This document shows positions 7,710 through 16,107 of a DNA stretch of 64,000 nt, piece by piece (within the stretch, counting starts at the first letter, position 1; each line of letters begins with the position of its first letter). The notes under the pieces were generated by a model that was not told where the DNA came from, did not search any database, and saw nothing but the letters and a program-made list of their open reading frames with translations. The position numbers and the translations under genes were made by a program. The stretch comes from Myxococcota bacterium (GTDB taxonomy: Bacteria > Myxococcota_A > UBA9042), in contig CAXNCS010000003.1 in NCBI GenBank assembly GCA_964201005.1, positions 71,180 to 135,179 on the forward strand. Reading direction: 5' to 3'.

Positions 7710-9704
7710 CTAAGGCCCCGGAATAGTGAACTTCACGCTCGCCTGGGGGCTCCACGCATAAGCCGAAGTCGCCTCATCATAGCCCTGGGCCTGGCCCACG
7801 ATCTCGTATTCGCCCGGCACATCCGGCAGCACTTTGGTCGACGGCGTCTGGTCGCTATTCTGCTCGCCTTCCGGGATCCAGGTGGTCGATCCGGCTGGGC
7901 GCTTGGCCACAACCCAGCGGTAATAAAAGGTCTTGTCGGCAAAGGACCCGGGGCTGGTGACGGCCATCGCCAGCTTGACCGGCGTATTCAGCGCTAGCTT
8001 GCTCGGGTCGTCCACCACACTGAGCGCCACTTCGGGCCGCGTCGGGGTGTTTGCCGTTGCCAGCGCCCCGGTCAGCACTAGCGAGCGCGACACGACTTGG
8101 CCGCCGTTGCACTGCCCTCCGCTCCAGCTGCCGGTGCAATAGAAGACATGGAGCAGATCATTCATCACCAACAGGTTCTCAGTCGCGGGCTTAAAGGCGA
8201 TCTCAATAGATGACGTGCTGTACGGCTGCACCGTGACCGGCAAGAAGTTGTTGGCGAGCGCATGGTTCTTGCTCGGGGCGCTGCACGGATCGGTGCCCTT
8301 GTAGCTCGCCGGCGCCACGCAGGCATTGACCAGCTGCAGCGGCGCACAGCCCTGGTTGGCCACAAACACCGAGCTCTTGGCCTCCACGCTGACCTTTGAC
8401 TGGCTCCACAGCTCCGGCGATGGGCCAAACTGCGGCGCCACCGGCGAAGCGCATCCCCCGGCCTCAATCGCGATAAACAGGCTGGCGCTCGGCGCTCCGG
8501 CGCTTGAGGTCGTCACCACCACCTGGGCCGGCGGCGGCGCGCCCGTAGCTGGAGCCTTATACGTCACCACCAGGCTCGCCGACTTGCCCGCCGCGGCCGA
8601 AAAGATCGACTGGGGATTGCCGGCGACATCCAGCAATTGCGCCGAGTACACCTGCGCGACCGCGTCCTTGTCAGCGGCGTTGAGCGCCTGCACTTCCACT
8701 TGCTTGAGCACCAGCGGCGGCGGGCCCGCATTGACCACTTTGCAGGTCGAGGTGGTCTTGCCGCCCTCCGAAAACACAAACGCGACCTTGCCCGTCGGGT
8801 TGCTGCAATCGACCGTAAACGTCGCCTCGGCCTCCATCTTCGCCGAGATTTTTGCCGTGACCATCGACGGCTTGGCGTTCGTCTCGACCACCAACTTCAC
8901 GTCTTCATTGTCTTTGGTCGCATCGGGCTTGTAGCGCACGCAAATTTCCAGCGACTTGCTGCCGTCCGGATTGCCCGCTGAGCCCTTGGGGGCGATTTCG
9001 TCCGATGCATTGGGCACTTTAACCAGGGTGTACTGGTCATTGCTCGGGTCAAACGACGCGCCTTGGAAGCTCAGCGCTGACGTGCCGTTGTTCAGCAGCT
9101 TAAAGCACTGCGTCGCCGGGTTGGCGCTGGTGGTGTTCACAAAGGTGTATTCGCTGGGCTGGAGCACGGGCTGCACGCCCACCGTCGCCAAGCCAAAGCA
9201 GTAGCTCAGGGCCGACTTGCTGGGGTCATTGTGCGTAACGTTCAGCTTGAGCGGCTCGGTATCGCCGCTTTCATTGGCCTTGTACTCAATTTCCAGCTTG
9301 AGGGTCGCACCGATCACCAGCGCCGCCATCTTGCCCGGGCACTTGGCGTCGTCCTTGGTCGCTCCAGAGATGACATTGAGCTTGAACTGGCTGTTCGCCT
9401 TGGTCGAGGTCCAGCTCAGGCACAGGGGCTGGTTATTGCCCGTGTCCGCGCCCGTGTTCTTGATCTCCACATACTTGCGGTAGGTCAGCTGGCCGCGCGA
9501 GTCGTCGGGCACAAACGTGCTGCACTGCCCGCCAGACGGCGGCGACTTGGCGTCGATCTTTACGTCGATGCGCGGCTCGGACTCCGCCGAATAGCCACTG
9601 CCGTCGTCGCTACAGCCGCTCGTCAGAGCCGCCATCGCCAGGGCCGCCGTGGTCAGGGTCGCCACTGCGACCGCCCGCTGAAACTGCTTTGTCATCGCCA
9701 TCAT
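7710..9704 (-). CDS. Large lipoprotein with repeated Ig-like (ASH/PapD-like, choice-of-anchor-D type) beta-sandwich domains and a C-terminal PKD-like domain
   Basis: ORF 7710-9734, with the start at ATG 9704 (GAGGA upstream). Lipobox AMAALTSG/CSDD. The sequence is beta-rich, with repeats of the pattern 'F.....C..V.N.G...L.L' and a terminal PKD-like segment (FYYRWVVAKRPAGSTTW..PDVPGEYEIVGQAQGYD..VKFTI). It resembles the N-terminal parts of the four paralogs listed below but lacks their C-terminal domain. Confidence 0.8.
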   Translation of the reverse strand: MMAMTKQFQRAVAVATLTTAALAMAALTSGCSDDGSGYSAESEPRIDVKIDAKSPPSGGQCSTFVPDDSRGQLTYRKYVEIKNTGADTGNNQPLCLSWTSTKANSQFKLNVISGATKDDAKCPGKMAALVIGATLKLEIEYKANESGDTEPLKLNVTHNDPSKSALSYCFGLATVGVQPVLQPSEYTFVNTTSANPATQCFKLLNNGTSALSFQGASFDPSNDQYTLVKVPNASDEIAPKGSAGNPDGSKSLEICVRYKPDATKDNEDVKLVVETNAKPSMVTAKISAKMEAEATFTVDCSNPTGKVAFVFSEGGKTTSTCKVVNAGPPPLVLKQVEVQALNAADKDAVAQVYSAQLLDVAGNPQSIFSAAAGKSASLVVTYKAPATGAPPPAQVVVTTSSAGAPSASLFIAIEAGGCASPVAPQFGPSPELWSQSKVSVEAKSSVFVANQGCAPLQLVNACVAPASYKGTDPCSAPSKNHALANNFLPVTVQPYSTSSIEIAFKPATENLLVMNDLLHVFYCTGSWSGGQCNGGQVVSRSLVLTGALATANTPTRPEVALSVVDDPSKLALNTPVKLAMAVTSPGSFADKTFYYRWVVAKRPAGSTTWIPEGEQNSDQTPSTKVLPDVPGEYEIVGQAQGYDEATSAYAWSPQASVKFTIPGP

Positions 9705-9769
9705 CCTAAGATCCTCGGCCGCATGGGGAACCAAAGTCCCGCAGCCTATTCGCGTCGAGCGCAGCTAAC

Positions 9770-12700
9770 TTAAGGGAAGCACAACATCTTGTAGTAAATC
9801 GACACCGTGTCGCCCTTGGCCGGCATGCACGGGCTGCCCTGGGGGAAGATGACGCTGTTCGACGCGGCGTCGTACTGGAAATTGCCCTTGGCGCACACCT
9901 GGCCCTTGACCTTGACCACGATCGTCGATTCCTCCGGCGTGCGCGTCAAGAAGAACTGCTGGGCCAAGCCAAAGGCCACATTGCCGATATCCTTAAGTAC
10001 TTGGGCAAAGCTCGTGGAGCAGATCGAGCCGATCTTGCCGCCCGTCGCCTTGGCCACTGCCAGGTAGCGATCGCCCGCCACCGCGTCGCCGCCACTGCCT
10101 TTGCAGCCGTTGCCCGCGTCGCCCACGATGGCGTGCAAGTGAAACAGACCCTTGTTGGCAAATCCTTTGATGCTGAACAAGAAATTGGTGTAATAGTTGA
10201 TATCGGCGGCGGAACCGTCTTCCTCGTCGCTCAGCACCACCACTTCAAGACCGGCGCCCTTGCGCACAAAGGTGCGGTTGGTGCCGCCGCACTTCTTAGT
10301 CGCCGGATCCTCGGCGTCGGGCACGCAGAAGCCGCCGTCGCTCTTGCAGTCCGCGTCCGCCGCACACTTCTTGCCGCTGTCGTAGACGTTGGGCAGGGTC
10401 AGGGCAGCTTCCGCCGCGCTCAGGCCCTGCTCGTCGCCGGAGCCGTTGGTGCCTTGCTTGACCATGCTCAGCAAAATTTGCGGGCCGTTGACGGTTTTGG
10501 GCGTCACCACCCGCACACCGCTTTTCTCAATCAGTTTGCCGCTCTGCTTGGCGTCGTCCATGTCGGTCGTCACCACGCCAATGTGGTAGTTGTTCTGCCA
10601 CAGGTCGGCGATCTGGGTGAACGTTCCAAAGTTCTTGGCCAAATTGTCTTGCTCTTCGCTCATAGAGCCCGAGTTGTCGACAATAAACAGCACATCCACC
10701 TGCTTGCCCACGCCCTGCACAAACTCGTCGGTGAACTCCGTCTCCAGCGTGCCTTCGCCGTTGATGGGCACGGTGAACAGCTGGCCGCCGCAGAACTCGC
10801 CCGCCCCGCAGTCGCCGTTGACGCTGCAATCCTTGCCGGTCTGCGTGCCGTCGTTCTTCATGCACGTACCGGACAGGTTGGTCCACACCAGCAGCTGGCA
10901 CTGATCCTTGCCGACATTCTGCGGACCGTACTGCACCTTGAACGTCGCGGGCTTGGCCTGAGAAATCGGATAGCCGGTCTTGGGGATGCCCGGCCAGCCC
11001 AGCGGCTGCACTTCCAGGCCGCAGCCCTGCAGCTCGAGCTTGTTGATGTAGGCCTCCGTCGTGCCCGTGTTGAACACGCTGACTTCCTTGCCCGGAGACT
11101 TGCAACCTACGGATACAACGCCAAAATCCAGCTGGCCAGGCAGCACGGACACCTGAGCCTTGCCCACCTTGGCCTCCAGATTCGGCGCCGTCGCGGCGAC
11201 CTTGGCCGGGTCGGTCAGGGCCACGTTGGGGAAGGTCTTGACTTGCCCGGTCGAGGAATCCTCAAAAGACGCCACCAGCAAGGCGCCAAATGGCGTCACT
11301 TCATTGGGTTTACCCAGCAGGAAGCCCAGGTCGTCGGGCGCCGTAAAGGTCACCAGCATCTTGCCCGTGTCGCCGGGGGCCAGCTTGAACAGCGCCGTCG
11401 ACGGCGCGGCCGCATAGAACTGCGGCGATCCGCTCTGCTTGCACTTCATCGGCCCCGGACCCAGCGGCGGCGGCAGGCCATTGCCCCCACAGGCCAGCAC
11501 GTTGACCGACTTGAACACGCACATACCGCTGCCGGTATTCTTGAAACCAATCGGAATCGTCTTGGTCGCGCCGTATGGCAGCAGGCCAAAGTTGAGGATC
11601 GGCGGCACCAGCTGCACGTTGCAGACCACGCCTTCTTTGCGCTCCGCGTACATCGGCAGCACCTTGTCTGGCGTGCCTGGGTCGGTCGAGTAAATGTGCA
11701 GGTTGGCCTGGGCCTTCATGTCGGGCGGACCTTTGGCCTCAAACTGCACCTGGAACACCGCGTACTGCCCCGGCGCCAGCGTCTCCGGCTGCGGATTGGC
11801 GGCGCTTGGACCAAAAGTCCCCGGCAGAATGCTGAATTCCCCCAGCTTGTCCTTCTCGTCGGTGATCGCCAACTTGGTCACATCCAGCGGCGCCGAGCCC
11901 TCGTTGAACAGCTCGATCTTGCGCGTGACCTTGACGCCCTTGCCCACCAGCGAAAAATCGACGTAGTCATCCGGCGTGACCAGCAGCTTGGGCGAGTTGG
12001 TCTCGGCAAAAATCGGCAAGGTCAGCGTCGGATTCACCGGGTCATTGCTCGAAAACACGATGCTGGCCACCGGGCTGCCGTTCTTGGGCACCGCTTTGTC
12101 CGCCTTGAGGGTCAGCACCATCGTCACGCCCGTCTCGCACAGCCCCGCCTGCTTGGGCGCAGCGATGTTCAGGGGCGCCGCCACGCTCAGCTTGACGTCC
12201 TTGATCAGCGAGACCGGCGACACCTCCATCTTGGCGACTTTGAGCTCGGCAAAGCCCACGTTGCACACCTTGATGTCCGCCTTGACCTCCTGACCCAGCT
12301 CAATCGCCCCCAAGTTGACCTTGGGCGGAACCACAGAAATGCGCGGCGCGATCTCATTGCCCTGGACTTCCACCTGGTACTTGCGGCCGTCAGACGACTC
12401 AAACAGCAGGTGAGACAGGTCTGAGTCGCCGCCCTTGGGCGAGTACTTCACGCTCATTTTCGCGCTATTGCCCGGCGGAATCGCTTTGGTCAGGTCCGGC
12501 AGCGCCTCGATGACAAAGTCGGGGCTTTCGTTCTTGGCCAGCTGCACTGACGTCAAAAGCAGATCCAGCGTGCCCGTATTGAGCAGCGTCAGCTCTTTGA
12601 CCGGCGTAGCGCCAGCGGCAATATTGCCAAACTCCACGGGATTTGGGTTGACCGTCAGCTGGGCCGCCGCCGCCGCCACCTTGACCGGCACCTTGAACTG

Positions 12701-13138
12701 GCGCTTGGCGTTGTCGGTGTCGTTGTTGGCGAGCACCAGGTTCAGCGACTTCGCTCCCGCCGACTTAGGCGTATAGCGCACGATGATCTTGGCTTTTCCG
12801 CCCTTGTCGAGGCTCAGGGCCTTCCAATCGACGACCTGGAACTCTTCGGTCTCCGGGGCAAAAATCGCCGAGTCCACCTTGAGGGTCCCAGAAGTACCCG
12901 CGTGCGAAATGGTCAGCTCGCGATCGCTGCTCTGGCCCACTGGCAGATCGGTAAACAGCAATTGGGCCGGCGACACGCCGATGCGGATGTCGTCCTCAAT
13001 GCAGAATCCGCCGGAGCAGGTCTGGGTATTGCCGTTGCCCGCGCTGCCCGTGCCGGAGTCGGCGGTGTCCGAGCAATGGGCCAGCGGCAGCGCAAGCAGC
13101 GCCGTCAGAATCGCAGCGATGTGGGGTTGGCGCACCAT
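9770..13138 (-). CDS. 1122-aa lipoprotein: ~8 Ig-like beta-sandwich repeats followed by a C-terminal von Willebrand A (vWA) domain
   Basis: ORF 9770-13693, with the start moved to ATG 13138 (GGAGGA 6 nt upstream; MVRQPHIAAILTALLALPLAH/CSD is a lipoprotein signal). Repeats include PVEFGNIAAGATPVKELTLLNTGTLDLLLTSVQL, KVNLGAIELGQEVKADIKVCNVGFAELKV and LDFGVVSVGCKSPGKEVSVFNTGTTEAYI. The vWA MIDAS motif is VDVLFIVDNSGSMSEEQ, with later VVTTD and VVVLSDEEDGS. Confidence 0.85.
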   Translation of the reverse strand: MVRQPHIAAILTALLALPLAHCSDTADSGTGSAGNGNTQTCSGGFCIEDDIRIGVSPAQLLFTDLPVGQSSDRELTISHAGTSGTLKVDSAIFAPETEEFQVVDWKALSLDKGGKAKIIVRYTPKSAGAKSLNLVLANNDTDNAKRQFKVPVKVAAAAAQLTVNPNPVEFGNIAAGATPVKELTLLNTGTLDLLLTSVQLAKNESPDFVIEALPDLTKAIPPGNSAKMSVKYSPKGGDSDLSHLLFESSDGRKYQVEVQGNEIAPRISVVPPKVNLGAIELGQEVKADIKVCNVGFAELKVAKMEVSPVSLIKDVKLSVAAPLNIAAPKQAGLCETGVTMVLTLKADKAVPKNGSPVASIVFSSNDPVNPTLTLPIFAETNSPKLLVTPDDYVDFSLVGKGVKVTRKIELFNEGSAPLDVTKLAITDEKDKLGEFSILPGTFGPSAANPQPETLAPGQYAVFQVQFEAKGPPDMKAQANLHIYSTDPGTPDKVLPMYAERKEGVVCNVQLVPPILNFGLLPYGATKTIPIGFKNTGSGMCVFKSVNVLACGGNGLPPPLGPGPMKCKQSGSPQFYAAAPSTALFKLAPGDTGKMLVTFTAPDDLGFLLGKPNEVTPFGALLVASFEDSSTGQVKTFPNVALTDPAKVAATAPNLEAKVGKAQVSVLPGQLDFGVVSVGCKSPGKEVSVFNTGTTEAYINKLELQGCGLEVQPLGWPGIPKTGYPISQAKPATFKVQYGPQNVGKDQCQLLVWTNLSGTCMKNDGTQTGKDCSVNGDCGAGEFCGGQLFTVPINGEGTLETEFTDEFVQGVGKQVDVLFIVDNSGSMSEEQDNLAKNFGTFTQIADLWQNNYHIGVVTTDMDDAKQSGKLIEKSGVRVVTPKTVNGPQILLSMVKQGTNGSGDEQGLSAAEAALTLPNVYDSGKKCAADADCKSDGGFCVPDAEDPATKKCGGTNRTFVRKGAGLEVVVLSDEEDGSAADINYYTNFLFSIKGFANKGLFHLHAIVGDAGNGCKGSGGDAVAGDRYLAVAKATGGKIGSICSTSFAQVLKDIGNVAFGLAQQFFLTRTPEESTIVVKVKGQVCAKGNFQYDAASNSVIFPQGSPCMPAKGDTVSIYYKMLCFP

Positions 13139-13281
13139 CGTCGTCCTCCAATTAGGGCAGCGCTGGGCGATCCAGCGGTCCGGAGATTCCGCGCGGCATT
13201 GCGCAGAGGTCGACCGGACAGGGGCTATGTCATCGCACTGCACAGGCGCGCAGGGCACGGGACCGCGACCGGCCCCTTGGC

Positions 13282-15459
13282 TCAGTCCAGCGCGGGCGTC
13301 GGGTACTTCTTGGTGATGAAGTGCCCAGGCGTCCCAGGAACCTTGAGCGCGGCTTCGATGTCGGCTTGCGGCCAGGAGACCCGTGCCACGTACCACATGT
13401 CGCCCTTGCTCAAGTTGGACGAAGTCACCTCGTACTGCAGCGTGCCGTAAATGTACACGCGCACGGTGGCTACGGAGACGCCTAGACCAAAGTCGTTGTA
13501 ATAATGCACGCCCACCGCATAGGTGCGGCCTTCTTCCGGCAGGGTGAGGTTCAGGTTTTCCGGGCCGGCGCCGTCGGTATCGTCGCGATCGAGGCTCGGA
13601 TCGTCGTCCATGTTGGGGTCGTAGCTGCCCCACTCCACCGTGTTGCCGTTGCCGCAGTTGAACCAGAAGCAGTCGTACTGGCCGGCGAACCACGGATCGG
13701 GCTTGCCGTCGCCGTCATAGTCCTGGCCCGCGGCAAACTGGTGGGCAAAGTGCAGGTCCAGGTCCGTGCCGACGCCCGGGCCCGTATCGCTCTCGTCCTT
13801 GTCGCCCGGGGTCTTCCAAAGCAATTCCACGTGGATCGCTTGGTCCGGGATCACCTTGACCACCTTGGTGGCCGGGGCGCACGACTTCTTGCCGCTGGCG
13901 TCATACACATGCAGGCGGAAGGTGTACTCGCCGGCGATGTTGGGCTGGAAGGTCACGGCGCCGGCCTTGTTGTTGGGGGTAAACAGCGCCACGGAGCCCT
14001 TGGCCTGGTCGACTTCCCACTCATACTGGCCAATCGTCGAGCCGGTGGCGTAGCTCTGCTTGCCGTCCAAATGCAGCACGGTTTGCGGCGTCACCGTGTC
14101 ACCTTCGGCGATGGTGATGATCGGCGTCGGGCAATCGGCAGAAGCGCCGTAGCCTTCCAGCTTGACCGTGGTGCCGCCGCTCGCGGTGTTGGCGTTGAGC
14201 ACGAGATCGGCGCTGTCGAGCGTCACGCTGCCGTTGGGCTTGGTGGGCGACAGTTTGTCGGGCTGGTACGTCAACTCCAGGGTCGCCACGCCGTTGACGG
14301 GCAGCTTGAGCGGCGCCTGATCGGTCGGAGCCTTGCCGCCGGTCTGGGTCAGCGACTCCCACTTGACGGCAAAGTTGCCAGAAGCCGTGGTCGGATCGGT
14401 GCCGATCTCGATCTTCTTGATCTCCAGGGCCTCATCGCCACAGCTCTTGATCTGCAGCGCCTGCACCTTGGTCTGCCCCAGCTGGGTCGGGCCAAACACC
14501 ACCGTCTTGGGCGATACCAGCAGGCACGGTCCGGTCGAATTGACCTTGACCGGCACGCGCTTGATACCCACGCCGTTGGCCACAAGGCTGGGATCATTGG
14601 TAGAAAGCAGCATCTCCACAGAGCGCGGCTTGTCATCCTTGGCGCTGTAGAGCAGAGAGAAGGGCACCACATCGCCGGCCTTGAGCGAAAGCGGCGGGTT
14701 CTGCGCCAGCATGCCGCCGGTGGGATACTCCTTGCCCTGCAGCACCAGCTTGAACAGGTCCTTGTCCAGCGAGCTGAGATCAATAGAAGAAATCAGCAGT
14801 TCACCATTGCCCACGTTGAGCAAGGAGCCATCGACGACGGGATTGGAACCCACGCTGACAAAGCCAAAGTCCATGACCTCAGGCTGCACCGAGATCTTGG
14901 CTTGGCCGGCGGCGGTCTGGAACTTCTGCTTCCAAATCTCGTTCTTCTTCAGGTCGTTGCTGTAGACCACCAAGGTGGCGGTGCGGTTGGCCTGGTCTGC
15001 GGGGCGCTTGAACGACACCAGCACCGTAACCGCGGTGATGTCGCCCTTGCCGGCCGGAGAAATCGCAGGAAACTTGGCCTGATCGCAAGGCACTTCCTGG
15101 CCGCCGATGATCGCCGCACAGCCAAACGCCGGGCTCTCCTCGCCGGGCGCGCCTTGGTACTCCAGGGCCACCTTGCTGACCACCAGGTCGCCCACCGAGC
15201 CGGAATTGCTGACCACCAAAGCTTTTTCGAGCTTTGCCCCCACGGCCATGCCGCCGGCGTTGATCGCGATCGTGCCGCTGTTGTTCAGCACCTTGCCGGA
15301 GTCTTTGACGGCGATGGTCTGGTTGCTCTCCAGCGTGAAACCACCGCCCCCTGTGCCCCCGGTGCCGCCAGTTCCTGTGCCATTGTCCGTGGATGAGCAG
15401 GCGGCCCAGGTCAACGCCAGTGCGGCGATTAGCAGGGGGCTGCGGGTCGAGCGAATCAT
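13282..15459 (-). CDS. Ig-repeat lipoprotein, paralog 1 of the family with the conserved 'DLDLH / DDTDG.GPEN / VGVHYW' C-terminal domain
   Basis: ORF 13282-15537, with the start moved to ATG 15459 (GGAGGA upstream; MIRSTRSPLLIAALALTWAA/CSS lipobox, then a Gly/Thr linker). It has Ig-like repeats (VMDFGFVSVGSNPVVDGSLLNVGNGELLI; VVFGPTQLGQTKVQALQIKSCGDEALEI) and a PKD-like segment (GQYEWEVDQAKGS..PNIAGEYTFRLHVYD). The C-terminal domain reads IHVELLWKTPGD..GTDLDLHFAH..DGDGKPDPWF..DDPSLDRDDTDGAGPENLN..YAVGVHYYND..VRVYIYG..GDMWYVARVSWP. Confidence 0.85.
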   Translation of the reverse strand: MIRSTRSPLLIAALALTWAACSSTDNGTGTGGTGGTGGGGFTLESNQTIAVKDSGKVLNNSGTIAINAGGMAVGAKLEKALVVSNSGSVGDLVVSKVALEYQGAPGEESPAFGCAAIIGGQEVPCDQAKFPAISPAGKGDITAVTVLVSFKRPADQANRTATLVVYSNDLKKNEIWKQKFQTAAGQAKISVQPEVMDFGFVSVGSNPVVDGSLLNVGNGELLISSIDLSSLDKDLFKLVLQGKEYPTGGMLAQNPPLSLKAGDVVPFSLLYSAKDDKPRSVEMLLSTNDPSLVANGVGIKRVPVKVNSTGPCLLVSPKTVVFGPTQLGQTKVQALQIKSCGDEALEIKKIEIGTDPTTASGNFAVKWESLTQTGGKAPTDQAPLKLPVNGVATLELTYQPDKLSPTKPNGSVTLDSADLVLNANTASGGTTVKLEGYGASADCPTPIITIAEGDTVTPQTVLHLDGKQSYATGSTIGQYEWEVDQAKGSVALFTPNNKAGAVTFQPNIAGEYTFRLHVYDASGKKSCAPATKVVKVIPDQAIHVELLWKTPGDKDESDTGPGVGTDLDLHFAHQFAAGQDYDGDGKPDPWFAGQYDCFWFNCGNGNTVEWGSYDPNMDDDPSLDRDDTDGAGPENLNLTLPEEGRTYAVGVHYYNDFGLGVSVATVRVYIYGTLQYEVTSSNLSKGDMWYVARVSWPQADIEAALKVPGTPGHFITKKYPTPALD

Positions 15460-15737
15460 CCTTTCCTCCGGGCCGTGCACGGTGCGCGCATGAGGCGCCT
15501 GATGAGGCAGCTTGCGCGCGAATTCAACCAGGCGCACCTAAGGCGGTCGCCCGAGCAACGCTGCAGTCTGCCAAGGACTGCCCCACCGCGCAACCTCATT
15601 CTGCGTTCAAGGGCCGCCGGTGGGGACGGCCGTGTGCCAGCCGGTCCTGCGCGGCTTCAGCGGAGCCCAAAACGCCGCACGCCCCGCCGAATCCGCAGAT
15701 CCGCGCGAGGCGTGCGCTTGGGGCTGTGGCGCCGCGG

Positions 15738-15998
15738 TTACTTGAGCAGGCGCTCTTTGGCCGTCTCAATCATCGCCGGGCGAAACGACTTCTTGAGCTT
15801 GAGCAGCTTGTCAAACTTGGCGCGCTGCCGCGATTCCATGTGCAGGGCCGCCGGCTTCTTGACGTCGCCGTCGATCAACTGGTCGCTAAAGTCGTAGAAC
15901 TTGGCCTTTTCTTCGGCCGCGGCGGGGCTGCTGTAGCCCACCGTCAAACCAGACAGGGCCAGGCTTGCCAGGGCCACTACAGCGAGGACTTTCTTCAT
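15738..15998 (-). CDS. Small (86 aa) secreted protein of unknown function
   Basis: This is the in-frame tail of ORF 15738-16349. ATG 15998 gives MKKVLAVVALASLALSGLTVGYSSPAAA/EEKAKFYDFSDQLIDGDVKKPAALHMESRQRAKFDKLLKLKKSFRPAMIETAKERLLK. It has a clean signal peptide, GGAG upstream and good GC3 bias. It sits directly after the TPR gene block. Confidence 0.6.
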   Translation of the reverse strand: MKKVLAVVALASLALSGLTVGYSSPAAAEEKAKFYDFSDQLIDGDVKKPAALHMESRQRAKFDKLLKLKKSFRPAMIETAKERLLK

Positions 15999-16107
15999 GG
16001 TGGGACTCCGCGGTCTGCAGAGGGGCCTCATTGCCCCCCAGGCTCTGTTGAAACTACAAGCTTCGCTGTGGCGGCGCAAGCACAAAAGTGCACTGCCGTT
16101 GGACGGT

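Noticed and set aside
10001-12424. 807-aa + strand ORF
   Set aside because: It is antisense to the 1122-aa Ig-repeat/vWA lipoprotein gene. Its composition is R/A/G/L/H-rich and it has no recognisable domain.
13139-13693. 185-codon N-terminal extension of ORF 9770-13693 (similar extensions at 896-1024, 15460-15537, 40166-40357, 60666-60914 and 44063-44434)
   Set aside because: The extensions are Arg/Pro-rich and lack codon bias. Some overlap the neighbouring gene: 13282-13693 overlaps the 3' end of paralog 1. In each case an internal ATG with a GGAGG-type RBS is followed immediately by a signal peptide or the first conserved domain.
13504-15396. 630-aa + strand ORF
   Set aside because: It is antisense to lipoprotein paralog 1 and its sequence is Arg/Gly/Ala-rich low complexity.
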